64,000 nucleotides of DNA, taken from an uncultured virus (IMG/VR IMGVR_UViG_3300050132_000502). Its lineage: Duplodnaviria > Heunggongvirae > Uroviricota > Caudoviricetes. The translations under genes were made by a program, and so were the position numbers. Shown here one piece after another: positions 26,990 through 36,949 of this stretch; position 1 is the first letter of the stretch, and each line of letters starts with the position of its first letter. The notes beneath the pieces were generated by a model. The model made no database searches, was not told the origin of the DNA, and saw only the letters and a program-made list of their open reading frames with translations. The DNA is taken from IMG/VR virus record IMGVR_UViG_3300050132_000502. One strand, given 5' to 3'.

Positions 26990-29900
26990 ATGGCAGTTGA
27001 TAATTCAGACTCATTCGTGCATCTGCACACCCATAGTGACTTCTCCGTACGCGACTCCATTGCTCGACTGAACGATCTCTGCGTGGCCGCGATGCTCGAC
27101 GAGCAACCCGCGCTCGCCATCACCGACCACGGCAACCTCGGAGCGAGTCGCTTGTTGCGCGACGCCGCCGAACACAACGGGATCAAACCGATCTACGGAG
27201 TAGAGGCGTACCTCGCTATCGAGGACGGCGAGCCGAACGCTCGACTTCGCCAGAACACGGTCACCCGTGACAAGGCAGACGACGAGGACGACACCGTCTC
27301 CGCCGACAATGAGGGTGAGAAGGAGAAGAAGTACAACCACCTAACGATCCTCGCGGAGACTCCCGAGGGCTGGTCGAACTTGTTGCGCATCCAAGCCGAA
27401 GCCAACGACGCTTTCTGGAGCAAGCCTCGCGCCGACCTCGACCTCCTACAGGAGCATCACGAGGGACTCATCGTTCTGACCGGGTGTCTCGGTGGTCCGA
27501 TCAAGGAACCGCTCGCGCACGGTGACGTCGAGGGCGCACGCAAGAACCTCGGACGCCTCGTGGACATCTTCGGCAAGACCAACGTCTTCATTGAGGTCAT
27601 GAGTCACGGGATTCCCCAAGAGGATCGACTCAATGGGCAACTGGAGAAGTTCGCCAAGGAGTTCGGTCTGCGCTCAGTCGCCACCAACGACTCTCACTAC
27701 GTCCACGAGAGTGACGAGCACGCCCACGATGCGTGGCTCTGTGTCTCCTCGAACTCCACGCTCGACAATCCCAACCGATGGAAGTTCTCCGGTAGTGGCT
27801 TTCACCTTCGTAGCGCGGCGGAGATGCGCGAACTCTTCACCCTCGACCAGTGTGACCTCACCCTAGAGATCGCTGAACGATGCACCCAGTACGACATGAT
27901 GCCCAAGCACGGCCTCCGTCTACCGACCTACGACCCGAGCGATGAGCGCGACAGTGACCGCATCCTCTACGAGATGACTCGCGACGCCGCTCCGAAACGA
28001 TACGGCTCACCTCTGCCCGCTGTGGTGAAGGAGCGCCTGCGCTACGAACTCGACATCATCGCCAACGCCCACCTCTCGGACTACTTCCTCATCGTTGCCG
28101 ACATGATTCACTGGGCCAAGGCACAGGGCATCCGTGTCGGTCCCGGTCGAGGTTCCGCCGCTGGATCGTGCGTGTCGTACTCGCTCGGCATCACCAACAT
28201 CGACCCCATCAAGCACGGACTCCTGTTCGAGCGATTCTTGAACCCCACCCGTGTGAAGATGCCGGACATTGACTCCGACTTCGAGCAGAACCGTCGTGAA
28301 GAGGTCATTGCCTACCTCGCCCAACGTTGGGGTGACGACCGCGTGGCGCGTATCGGCACGCACGGAACGTCGATGGCGAAGAACTCACTCCGAGCGGCGG
28401 GCAAGGTACTCAGTGAGGGAGGGATGGCGAACAAACTCGCCTCGATGGTTCCCACGATGACCGGTGGCCGCACTGCCTCCATGAAAGAACTGGTCAGCGG
28501 ATCAGCCAGTCACGAATTCAAAGAGATGGCCGAAGGTGCGCCTCGCGTCATTGAGATTGCGACGGCCTTCGAGGGCATCGTCAACACCGAAGGTATTCAC
28601 GCCTGTGGCGTCGTGGTCAGCGACGAGTCACTCCTCGGACTGGTGCCCCTGCGACGTGACCGCAAGACCAACAGTCGTGTCACCGAGTGGGACGGCACCG
28701 AGATCGAAGACGCGAACTTCTTGAAGATGGACGTGCTCGGACTCACCGCGCTCGACATCATTCAGTCCACGGCACGTCTCGCTGGTATCGATCCCGACGA
28801 GATTGACTTCGAGGACGAGAAGGCATGGGACCTGATCGCCAAGGGGCACACCTCTGGCTTGTTCCAACTTGAGTCGACGGGTATGACCGACCTCGCGAGA
28901 CGCATCAACGCACGTTCGGTTGACGACCTCGGAGCCGTCATTGCTCTCTATCGTCCTGGTCCGCTCGGCATCGGTATGCACATCATGTACGCCGACCGCA
29001 AAGCGGGAACCGCACCCGTGGACTACGGCATCTTTAGTAACGACGAAGCCGAAGTCGAGATCATCAAGTCGATCCTCGGCGAGACCTACGGCGTCATCAC
29101 CTACCAGGAGCAGATTCTCCGACTCGCCGACGTGGTGGCTGGTTTCGGTCCGCCGGAACGAAGCAACCTCCTCACCGCCATCGGTAAAAAGATTCGTGAG
29201 CAGATGGACCTCTCGGGTGAGTTGTTCTTGAAGATGGCCGTTCAAAATGTTGACCACGCGGGCGAATCCAAGATGGCCTTCTCGACGTTGACCGCGAATA
29301 AGTTGTGGGACTCCTTCAAGTCGGCGGGAGACTACCTCTTCAACAAGTCGCACGCGGTGGGCTACGCCTACGTGACCTATCAGATGGCGTGGCTCAAGGC
29401 GAACTACCCCGCTGAGTTCGCGGCTGGTTGGTTGTCGCACACTGACGACGCCGACAAGCGAGCGACCTTCTTAGCCAACCTCGAAGGCGTGCCGCTGGCG
29501 TGCCCCGACGTCAACCACTCACTCGCCACTCCAAGCGTGCACGAAGGAAGTGTGACACTCGGACTTGGTGGTATCTCGGACGTGGGATCGGTAGCAGACG
29601 CCATCGTGAGCGAACGTCTGGCGAACGGTCCTTTCACCTCTCTGCACAACCTCGCCTCGCGGGTCAAGATCGACGACAAGCGCATCTCGGTCACGGCACT
29701 GAACGCGCTGGTGGACTGCGGTGCGTGCGACGCCTTCGGACCACGACTCGGCCAAGTGATGATGATGGGCACGGTCAAAGACGTTGACGCGCCCGTGCCC
29801 GACTTCGAGTTCGACGTCCTAGAGCGCAGTGCTCGCGAACGTCAGCGTCTCGGCATCCTCGTCTCCGAGAACCCTCTGCGGGTGTTGCGTGGTCAACTGA

Positions 29901-30751
29901 AACTGTGGAAGCCGCCCAGTGGCCGCTCCGTGACCCCGGTGCACAAACTGGCAGCGGGCAACGTGTCAACACTCGGCATCGTGGCATCGTTCGAGATCAT
30001 CAAGAAGCGCAGTCGCTTCGTCAAGATGCGTCTCGCAGGAACCAACGCCACCATCTCGTGCCTCATTTGGGAGCGCACCCTCTCACTCATTGAGAAGGGC
30101 GAAGGAGTGCCCCGCATCGGTGACGTCATTGGGGTCGACGGACTCGTCAAGACCAGCGTGAAGGTGTTAGACGAGGACGAGGAGACTGACGAGGACGAGA
30201 CGTTGGAGATGACGGTCAACGACATCTGGCGAGGTCCACTCGTTCCCCCGAGGTGGGGAGAGGAGGCTCGGCCCCTCACAACAGAGCAGGACGAGGCCGA
30301 TTTCGAGGAATCTGAACCCGAGGTCGTTTTGGAGGTCGAAATCGAGCCTTCGGACGTCGTGGAGTTCGATTTCACCGCCGAAGACGCCTTCCAAGCGAGC
30401 GAGGGGCTAAATCCCGAGGATCAGGCCCCTGTGATTGATTCTGGCGACTCTGAGCCTTCCGTCGTCGAAGAACCGGCTGAGGCCCAAGAAGAGGCTTACA
30501 GCCCCTTAGAATCGCCCATTTGGGACGAAGACGACGAGGAATGGGGCTCTTTCGGGAAACGGACCACTGCGAAGGGCTCAAAGCCCCTCGTGGAGGTGAC
30601 TGAGACCCTCCAGGCCGAGAAAAGGACCGTCAAGGTGAAGACCGAATCTGCGCCGAAATCTCCTACCCAAAATGGGTCAAAACCAAGCCAGCCGAAGACG
30701 CGATCCACTCGATTCATCAAGCCCTTCACGCAGGCGCAGAATCAGGACTGA
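26990..30751 (+). CDS. dnaE: DNA polymerase III alpha subunit with long acidic C-terminal tail
   Basis: PHP HLHTHS/ITDHG/NDSHY; GPGRGSAAGS; LLFERFLNP; MPDIDSDF; KMDVLGL; YLFNKSHA. Confidence 0.95.
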   Translation: MAVDNSDSFVHLHTHSDFSVRDSIARLNDLCVAAMLDEQPALAITDHGNLGASRLLRDAAEHNGIKPIYGVEAYLAIEDGEPNARLRQNTVTRDKADDEDDTVSADNEGEKEKKYNHLTILAETPEGWSNLLRIQAEANDAFWSKPRADLDLLQEHHEGLIVLTGCLGGPIKEPLAHGDVEGARKNLGRLVDIFGKTNVFIEVMSHGIPQEDRLNGQLEKFAKEFGLRSVATNDSHYVHESDEHAHDAWLCVSSNSTLDNPNRWKFSGSGFHLRSAAEMRELFTLDQCDLTLEIAERCTQYDMMPKHGLRLPTYDPSDERDSDRILYEMTRDAAPKRYGSPLPAVVKERLRYELDIIANAHLSDYFLIVADMIHWAKAQGIRVGPGRGSAAGSCVSYSLGITNIDPIKHGLLFERFLNPTRVKMPDIDSDFEQNRREEVIAYLAQRWGDDRVARIGTHGTSMAKNSLRAAGKVLSEGGMANKLASMVPTMTGGRTASMKELVSGSASHEFKEMAEGAPRVIEIATAFEGIVNTEGIHACGVVVSDESLLGLVPLRRDRKTNSRVTEWDGTEIEDANFLKMDVLGLTALDIIQSTARLAGIDPDEIDFEDEKAWDLIAKGHTSGLFQLESTGMTDLARRINARSVDDLGAVIALYRPGPLGIGMHIMYADRKAGTAPVDYGIFSNDEAEVEIIKSILGETYGVITYQEQILRLADVVAGFGPPERSNLLTAIGKKIREQMDLSGELFLKMAVQNVDHAGESKMAFSTLTANKLWDSFKSAGDYLFNKSHAVGYAYVTYQMAWLKANYPAEFAAGWLSHTDDADKRATFLANLEGVPLACPDVNHSLATPSVHEGSVTLGLGGISDVGSVADAIVSERLANGPFTSLHNLASRVKIDDKRISVTALNALVDCGACDAFGPRLGQVMMMGTVKDVDAPVPDFEFDVLERSARERQRLGILVSENPLRVLRGQLKLWKPPSGRSVTPVHKLAAGNVSTLGIVASFEIIKKRSRFVKMRLAGTNATISCLIWERTLSLIEKGEGVPRIGDVIGVDGLVKTSVKVLDEDEETDEDETLEMTVNDIWRGPLVPPRWGEEARPLTTEQDEADFEESEPEVVLEVEIEPSDVVEFDFTAEDAFQASEGLNPEDQAPVIDSGDSEPSVVEEPAEAQEEAYSPLESPIWDEDDEEWGSFGKRTTAKGSKPLVEVTETLQAEKRTVKVKTESAPKSPTQNGSKPSQPKTRSTRFIKPFTQAQNQD

Positions 30752-30807
30752 GTCAATGCACAATGATTCTCCGACGCCCCTCTCTGTTTGAGTGGAAGGT
30801 GCGTGAT

Positions 30808-31668
30808 CTAGTTCCACCAACTGGCTAGGTCGAGAGGCTTCGAACCTTCAGCCCACGCGAACATCTGATCGAGTCGGGTACTTATAGCCTTAACGCGCTC
30901 AACCGTCGGGTCGAAGGTGAGACCGAATGTCGTCGTCAAGGTGGCCTTCACTAGAGCCGAGTTCTCTAACGCCATTGGTTCATCAACCCCGCCAAACGCC
31001 TCGACCACGGCATCGAACGCAGCGGAATTGCCAGACTCAAGAACCAAGTTGTTGTGGCCGCTCGCGAGGTCCCAATACTTCGGACGCCACCCCGCTTGAT
31101 CGAGGTCGATAAGGAGCACTCTGCCGTCGTCTAAACAGAGGCAGTTCGAAATTGCCACGTCACCATGAGCGAACGAATGAGGCCCGTCAAAAATCAATTC
31201 CGCTATCGGTCGAACACACTCCACGAGTCGTTGAGTTCTCTCTCTAATCGACCAAGGAAATGTCGTATTTTCGATCCGTGAAGCGACGCGTCCAAATGGA
31301 TTCCAGGGGGTCGGTACACCAACATCGGCGAGAGAAATGATTCTCAAAGCAGAGCCCAATGAGGTCGCGTGGCTCTCTTGCACGTTACTGGCGGTCACGT
31401 TAGCGTGCTCAACGAGAGGCCAGAGTGACGCGGAACCAAGTTCGGTTTGCTCGATGGAATCGTGTAGTGGCAATACCACCGGCACACCGATGTCGTGAAA
31501 GGCAAACGCCATCTCTACGCCGTTTACTAGACCGGTCAGTCTGTCGGGGTATTTCGCCACTTTCACCACACTCGTTGCATCAACGTAAACGTCATTGTCG
31601 CGTGACGTGAGTAGACGCCACGGTCCTCCACCAAACGCTTTGGTAAGCGCGTCGCTACTGTTTCCCAT
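30808..31668 (-). CDS. Aminoglycoside-phosphotransferase/kinase-fold protein
   Basis: VVKV; HGDVAISN; LLIDLD; WDLA. Confidence 0.75.
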   Translation of the reverse strand: MGNSSDALTKAFGGGPWRLLTSRDNDVYVDATSVVKVAKYPDRLTGLVNGVEMAFAFHDIGVPVVLPLHDSIEQTELGSASLWPLVEHANVTASNVQESHATSLGSALRIISLADVGVPTPWNPFGRVASRIENTTFPWSIRERTQRLVECVRPIAELIFDGPHSFAHGDVAISNCLCLDDGRVLLIDLDQAGWRPKYWDLASGHNNLVLESGNSAAFDAVVEAFGGVDEPMALENSALVKATLTTTFGLTFDPTVERVKAISTRLDQMFAWAEGSKPLDLASWWN

Positions 31669-31671
31669 CGA

Positions 31672-34200
31672 CTAATGGACCTGCGCCAGAGCCGCTCGGC
31701 GGCGGATGTCCTCGGGGTTGGTCGATGCTCGCTCAAGGAAGTCCTTGGGCAGTTTGATCTCCACGGGAACCGCTCGTCCGGCGAGGTCAACGTAGATGCC
31801 GATGGCTCCTCGAACGACCTTGCCGTCCTTGTCACGGAGGGCTCGCATGGAGTTCCAGTTCGGCGCGGTGGACGTCTCGGTGTTGCCGCCGACGTACGCC
31901 TTGGCCGTGATCCGCTCCATGCGCTCCGGGGTCGCTTCGAGACGGAAGAGTTCACACGCGGCCTCGGCTTCCTCTCGGTCTTGGATCGGCAAAATGAGAC
32001 CCCGCGAGATGTAGCCCGCGAGTCCGGCGTCGAGCGCGTCGGAGATTCGCTGCGTGAACAACATGGGGAGAATCTGCTGGGACCTGGCGAGACGACCAAG
32101 ACGGTTCATCTCGGATCGACCGGCGGAGAGCATGACCCACGCTTCATCGAGCATGAGGACGCCCGAACGCATGGAGAGCGCCGCCGCCGAGCCGAAGACC
32201 ATCATTCGCACGAGCGCGAGCGCGATACGTTGCTGCTGAGTCGCCACATGGATGTCACCGGGCTCAGGAAGGTCGAGTACGCCTTCTCCGACCTTGATGA
32301 GGGTGATGCCTTCGGAGGTGCGCAGGCTCGTGCCACCGTGCTTCATACCGACACAGGCCCGGAACATGGGCGAACCACCCGCGAGGTCGAAGACCTTGGT
32401 GACCATCTCGTGAGGAGCCTGTCCGTCGTCGAGCGCAATCTGGAGTGCCTCGCCGATGCAGTCCGCTCCTTGTCCCGCCCCGTACGCCAGGGCCTTGATG
32501 AGTGGAGTTTCGTAGTCTTCTTTCATCGTGCCCCACGGGTTGATCGAGAGGAGCATGGTGGACGAGAGTTCCACGCCGACGTTGATGGTCGAAGAGAATC
32601 GCATCGGGTCGAAGACACCATCGGAGTGAATCAGGTCGTCGAGCGAGTGGATCTTGCCGCCCGACATCTGTACCGCCGCGTCGTGTGACGAACTCGACTT
32701 CGGGTCGATGATGACCACAGGTGTCTTCTCGCCGTAGGCCGTGGTGATGCGAGCGAATTGGTCAGCCAGGTAGAGCATGGTGACCGACTTACCCGAGCCC
32801 GACTGTCCCACGGTCACAAAGATCGGGAGGCTATCTTCGTCAGCGGCGGCGGTCGGCGAGATATACCCCGGTTGATGGTCGCGCTCGGTGAAGCCGAGCA
32901 GTGCGCCGCTTTGGTCACCCACCATCGACTGAGCGGTGAGACCAGAGGCCGCGAGAGCGTGGCTCGGGATGTCGTGCAGGTGAGGCACGGCTCTGATCGG
33001 TGAGCAGAGCATTGTCTCCATGATGGCGCTGTCTTGCCGGTCGGTCATCGTGTCGATGACCACGGACGTGCCTTGCCCGAAGTCGGAGATGTCGTAGCCG
33101 GTGCGTTTGTCGTAGCCACCCACGGCGATCATGATCGCTCCGTCCATCAGAGTGGCCGGTCCGCCCGTGGCGTAGATGCCTTCCATCTCGTCAAGGTTTT
33201 GGAGGAGTTCAGTCTGTTCCTGACGCTCCATCTTGTTCTGGTTCGACCGCTCATTGATGTCGTCGATGTAGTTCTTTTTGCGACGGCGAAGTTCACCACG
33301 AGTGACGTTCGGCGGCTCCACCTTGCCGTGAATCGAAACGCAGAGGGCTCCCCGGTCAACGAGTGCCGCTCCCCAGCGAGCCGCATTGGTCGTGGGGTTC
33401 ACGTACTCAAGATCGAACTCTCGAACACAGCCGAAGGTGATGGTGTGATGTCCACTATCGAGACCCCACTCTTCGCACTTCAGTTCGCTGTCTTCTTTCA
33501 TGATCACTGCGGCCGCACGGAGGGAGTCCGATGAGCGGAAGATGTGAAGATGGTCGAGGTGGGTCAGCATCGGAGTGTCGGGAGCCTGTCCGTAGTTCCA
33601 CCATCCGTTCAAAAGCGAGTAATCGGACGGACTGAGCGAGAGAAGACCGTTGCGCGACATGATGGCGTCGATCTCGGCGTAGTCACGGTCGTAGTCACTC
33701 ATAGGAGTGGCCCCGGTGATGACTGATTCGGCGAGGGAAGATACCGACGCCATCGCTGTCTCCAGTGGACCACCCACACTTTTCGCACCGATGTTGCTTC
33801 TCAACTTGACACCCATGACCAGCAAGCGACGGTCGGTGTCCACGTTGTTGAAGGCCGTGGAGAGATACGAGTAGAGAGGCGAGTCGACCGGCGGGGTATA
33901 GCGCCACGGAATGTTGACGAGAAGCGTGTGCACTTCTCGGTAGTTGTTCTTCGACGTCTGTCGGCGCAAGAGCCCCCTGAGGTGCGTGATGGCGGACAGT
34001 TCTTCGAGCACGTCTTGTATCGGGTCGCCGGTTGCGAGACCCTCTTCGGGTGAGCGGGCGTCGATCACCGGAGCCAGAGGCACGGCGCGGTAGACCCACA
34101 CCGATTTATCGACACCGATGGCGCGACCGTCTTTGGTCAAGCCCTTCATGGTGGTCGGCCACACCTGGTTGTCGATCAACTTCTTACTGAAGACTGCCAT
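31672..34200 (-). CDS. VirB4/TcpF-like conjugation ATPase
   Basis: VGQSGSGKS, IIDPK, LMLDEAW, RLARSQ, FTQ; 842 aa within a membrane-protein cluster. Confidence 0.82.
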   Translation of the reverse strand: MAVFSKKLIDNQVWPTTMKGLTKDGRAIGVDKSVWVYRAVPLAPVIDARSPEEGLATGDPIQDVLEELSAITHLRGLLRRQTSKNNYREVHTLLVNIPWRYTPPVDSPLYSYLSTAFNNVDTDRRLLVMGVKLRSNIGAKSVGGPLETAMASVSSLAESVITGATPMSDYDRDYAEIDAIMSRNGLLSLSPSDYSLLNGWWNYGQAPDTPMLTHLDHLHIFRSSDSLRAAAVIMKEDSELKCEEWGLDSGHHTITFGCVREFDLEYVNPTTNAARWGAALVDRGALCVSIHGKVEPPNVTRGELRRRKKNYIDDINERSNQNKMERQEQTELLQNLDEMEGIYATGGPATLMDGAIMIAVGGYDKRTGYDISDFGQGTSVVIDTMTDRQDSAIMETMLCSPIRAVPHLHDIPSHALAASGLTAQSMVGDQSGALLGFTERDHQPGYISPTAAADEDSLPIFVTVGQSGSGKSVTMLYLADQFARITTAYGEKTPVVIIDPKSSSSHDAAVQMSGGKIHSLDDLIHSDGVFDPMRFSSTINVGVELSSTMLLSINPWGTMKEDYETPLIKALAYGAGQGADCIGEALQIALDDGQAPHEMVTKVFDLAGGSPMFRACVGMKHGGTSLRTSEGITLIKVGEGVLDLPEPGDIHVATQQQRIALALVRMMVFGSAAALSMRSGVLMLDEAWVMLSAGRSEMNRLGRLARSQQILPMLFTQRISDALDAGLAGYISRGLILPIQDREEAEAACELFRLEATPERMERITAKAYVGGNTETSTAPNWNSMRALRDKDGKVVRGAIGIYVDLAGRAVPVEIKLPKDFLERASTNPEDIRRRAALAQVH

Positions 34201-34203
34201 CGG

Positions 34204-35256
34204 CTATCCGTTCCCGTAGGGCTTGAGCGACGGACCAGTTCCCGGCTGTCCCCACGCCACCACGACCGGAGCGGCGGTGTTCGCTCGCTCGATGAGCAGG
34301 TCGGTGGTGGTGGGTGGCCCATCAACAGAGGTGTTGGGCGCGAGTGCCTTTTCACCATTCCATTGGATGTTGAGCGACACCTCAACGAGGAGCGCGTCGG
34401 GAGAGGAGTTGTTGGGCGCTGGCGCGACGTTGGGAGCCTCACGAGGAGCGGCGTAGAGAACGGAGAAATTCGCAGAAGCAACACCTTGCAGAGCCCGGTA
34501 GTGGTGTGAGGTGTCCGGGTCGCCGACCGCCACCGCAAGTTGCGAGGATGATCCCGACACGTACGCGTCAAGCCATCCGGTGATGGCTTGAGTAACCGCC
34601 GGAGTCACCGACGTCGTAATGGCACCAGAAGAAACGGTCGGCCAAGGAGAGAGTGTGTTAGTGCTTCCACTGGTGCCATTGATCGGCTGTAGTCCAGGGC
34701 CACCAATCGGCACGAGACCATTCAAATCTATTTCAACAGTGGCTTCGTAGTATTTGTCCTGAAGACCCGTCGGGCTAGTCGCCGTCGCCGCGAGGGGCGT
34801 CTCCAATGTGAACGTGTCGAGTTCGACTTTTCCATTGGCCCCCTTAATGGTCTTGGCTCCATCCCACGAGAGGATTTGACCTCCCGGCAGCGGCGAAGGA
34901 ACTTCAGCCAGCCACGCCTGAATGGTGGTGGTTGCTACGTTCCTTCCTTTGGATGTGAGTTGCGTGTGGCCCCCGCCACCCGTGGGCTTCTTTGAGCCTT
35001 CCACCGACGTGATGAGTCCGATCATCGCTATGAAACCGAGCACCAGAGATGCAACGATGGCGATCCTCATCCTCTTGGCTATGCGGTTGGTGTGGTCAAC
35101 TGCCGGGGTACCCGGTCGAGGGATCAGGACCGATTCTTCGAGCCAGTCGAGCGAGTTGTTGTTGTTGTTCCTCCCGGTCTTGGCGGTCCTCGTATTCTTG
35201 ACGACCTTGGGAGTTTTCTTCTTCGGTTCCGACTTAGATCGGAAGAGGTCTACCAT
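34204..35256 (-). CDS. TcpC/VirB8-like conjugal transfer protein
   Basis: Single TM near N-terminus followed by two extracellular modules; WLDAY..GD; adjacent to the ATPase. Confidence 0.55.
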   Translation of the reverse strand: MVDLFRSKSEPKKKTPKVVKNTRTAKTGRNNNNNSLDWLEESVLIPRPGTPAVDHTNRIAKRMRIAIVASLVLGFIAMIGLITSVEGSKKPTGGGGHTQLTSKGRNVATTTIQAWLAEVPSPLPGGQILSWDGAKTIKGANGKVELDTFTLETPLAATATSPTGLQDKYYEATVEIDLNGLVPIGGPGLQPINGTSGSTNTLSPWPTVSSGAITTSVTPAVTQAITGWLDAYVSGSSSQLAVAVGDPDTSHHYRALQGVASANFSVLYAAPREAPNVAPAPNNSSPDALLVEVSLNIQWNGEKALAPNTSVDGPPTTTDLLIERANTAAPVVVAWGQPGTGPSLKPYGNG

Positions 35257-35660
35257 CCGAGAGCGTCCTCGTCTTCGATCTCTTCGACGTCTTCAATGGG
35301 TTCGTCGACCATCACATCAGAGTGACCTTGGTCTTCATCACGAGGACCCTCGACGATGTGTTCCTTCGGCCCTATGCCCGGTCGATTCGTCATGTGCCAG
35401 CGAGCAGTACCCGCGACGGAGAAGTTGCCATCATCGACCAACGCAACGACCACGTAGTCCGGGGGATTCTCTTCGTTGATGAGGAGACGTCGAACCCAGC
35501 CGACCTTCGACCCAGCGAGGGTCTCGTAGCAGGATCGACAGCGAGGGTGCCCTTCTTCGGCTTCATTCGTGCACTCGACCCAGCACGTGGGGCATTCGCC
35601 CGGATAGTGCAGCGGGTCGTGCAGCGACTCCCCGAACTTCCAAGATTGACAGGTGGACAT
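35250..35660 (-). CDS. Cys-rich hypothetical protein
   Basis: CPTC, CRSC; GGAGG RBS. Confidence 0.6.
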   Translation of the reverse strand: MSTCQSWKFGESLHDPLHYPGECPTCWVECTNEAEEGHPRCRSCYETLAGSKVGWVRRLLINEENPPDYVVVALVDDGNFSVAGTARWHMTNRPGIGPKEHIVEGPRDEDQGHSDVMVDEPIEDVEEIEDEDALGW

Positions 35661-35720
35661 CTTCCTCCTAAGGGGACGCCCTAATGCTAGTGACGCAAAT
35701 ACTTAAATGAGTGGATTGAA

Positions 35721-36368
35721 CTACTGCTGGGCTGGCAGTAAAAGTCGGTACTTGGTCCGCTCGAACAGGGCTGGCTCGATCTCCCACAGTGTGTACTGGT
35801 TCCACACCTGTCGTGGCGTCTTCGTTTCGGTGCCGAAGGAAAAGACAGCATCGCGACATTTGTCTCCCTCTTCTTTGGGCAGACTTCTCGCCTGCACAAA
35901 AACGTGAGCCATGCGCGACACTTGCTGTAACTCCTCCGGCGGAATCGCCCGAGGACCTTCTTGGATCGCCTGGAACTGCTGACTGAGGAGATTTTGCAAC
36001 CCTGGAACGTCTGCTTCGTTGTAGTGATTCTTGCGACGCCACGCGGGACGGTGGATGTCCTTCAAACGTTCCTTGTGCTCCTTGACCGCGTCCTTGTAGT
36101 ACAGGCGAGCACCACCGACGCCTACCGCGAGGTCGGCGACCGCGATGTTGTTGAGCAGGTGGTCGGGCATGTCGACATTCGTCCAGAACTCCAAGACCTG
36201 TCGCGCATCGCGAGGAAGAGGCGGGTGAATCGCGGAGCCCTGTGAGTTGTACGACTTGTTGTCGGTCAACTTGACCTCGATGAGGTCAACATCACTTGGC
36301 TTGCGGTCTTCTGCAAACTGGCCTCCTATTGGAGTCCCTCTGTGCCGACGTGGAAGATCACTCACCAT
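35721..36368 (-). CDS. Leader-tagged protein 29 (inside the conjugation cluster)
   Basis: PRRHRGTPIGGQFAEDRKPSDVDL. Confidence 0.85.
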   Translation of the reverse strand: MVSDLPRRHRGTPIGGQFAEDRKPSDVDLIEVKLTDNKSYNSQGSAIHPPLPRDARQVLEFWTNVDMPDHLLNNIAVADLAVGVGGARLYYKDAVKEHKERLKDIHRPAWRRKNHYNEADVPGLQNLLSQQFQAIQEGPRAIPPEELQQVSRMAHVFVQARSLPKEEGDKCRDAVFSFGTETKTPRQVWNQYTLWEIEPALFERTKYRLLLPAQQ

Positions 36369-36898
36369 GTACTCGATTCATCTAGTCGTTCTTCAAGCGG
36401 ACTTTCTACGGAGATCGCACTCGGTGCAATGCCGAGTTGTTCTCGGACGATGGCGTCAACGATCATTGCGAACCAGAGTGAGGCCCACTCGGGGCCATCG
36501 GTCTCATCGGACAACCCGACTGATGCGGCGAACTCCCAAAAGATGCTCGCGCCTAAGAGAATGTCGCCGACCGACTCTTGCTTCTCTTTCGGAATCTCTT
36601 GGTTTGGGTCGTAGACCTTCCACACGTCATCGAGTAATTCGCGACGCACGTTCGACAAGAAGTTCTTCCACTCTTCGAGAGACTCGCTTCCTTCGATGTA
36701 CGCGTGAACCCACTCGGCAAGATCGCTAGCGATTTCCGCGAAGTCGTTGTTGCCTTCGTCGGATAGGAAAGAGTTGGGATACGTCGTTGAACCGACGCAG
36801 AGAGCAACAGTCAACGCGGAGAATTGGCGACATGTTGAATCTTGTGCCCATATGGTCGGCTCGTCACTCGACAGAATGGACAAATCAACAGATGACAT
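36362..36898 (-). CDS. Acidic hypothetical protein
   Basis: 178-aa ORF coupled to protein 29. Confidence 0.6.
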   Translation of the reverse strand: MSSVDLSILSSDEPTIWAQDSTCRQFSALTVALCVGSTTYPNSFLSDEGNNDFAEIASDLAEWVHAYIEGSESLEEWKNFLSNVRRELLDDVWKVYDPNQEIPKEKQESVGDILLGASIFWEFAASVGLSDETDGPEWASLWFAMIVDAIVREQLGIAPSAISVESPLEERLDESSTW

Positions 36899-36949
36899 GC
36901 CCGTAGTCTACCCACGCGATGTTGAAAATTGGGTGCTTTTGGTTGCTGA

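Noticed and set aside
27028..27039. CACCCATAGTGA near-match to motif A inside dnaE
   Set aside because: Lies in codons for the conserved HTHSD motif, lacks the leading G, and has no downstream start.
30752..30807. Terminator at the convergence of the two gene blocks
   Set aside because: No convincing GC hairpin with a U-tract visible.
30808..31668. Bona fide aminoglycoside resistance gene
   Set aside because: Only generic kinase-fold motifs; substrate cannot be assigned from sequence.
31675..32688. 337-aa + strand ORF and similar long antisense ORFs (1604-2575, 28628-29440)
   Set aside because: Opposite well-supported genes; typical high-GC shadow frames.
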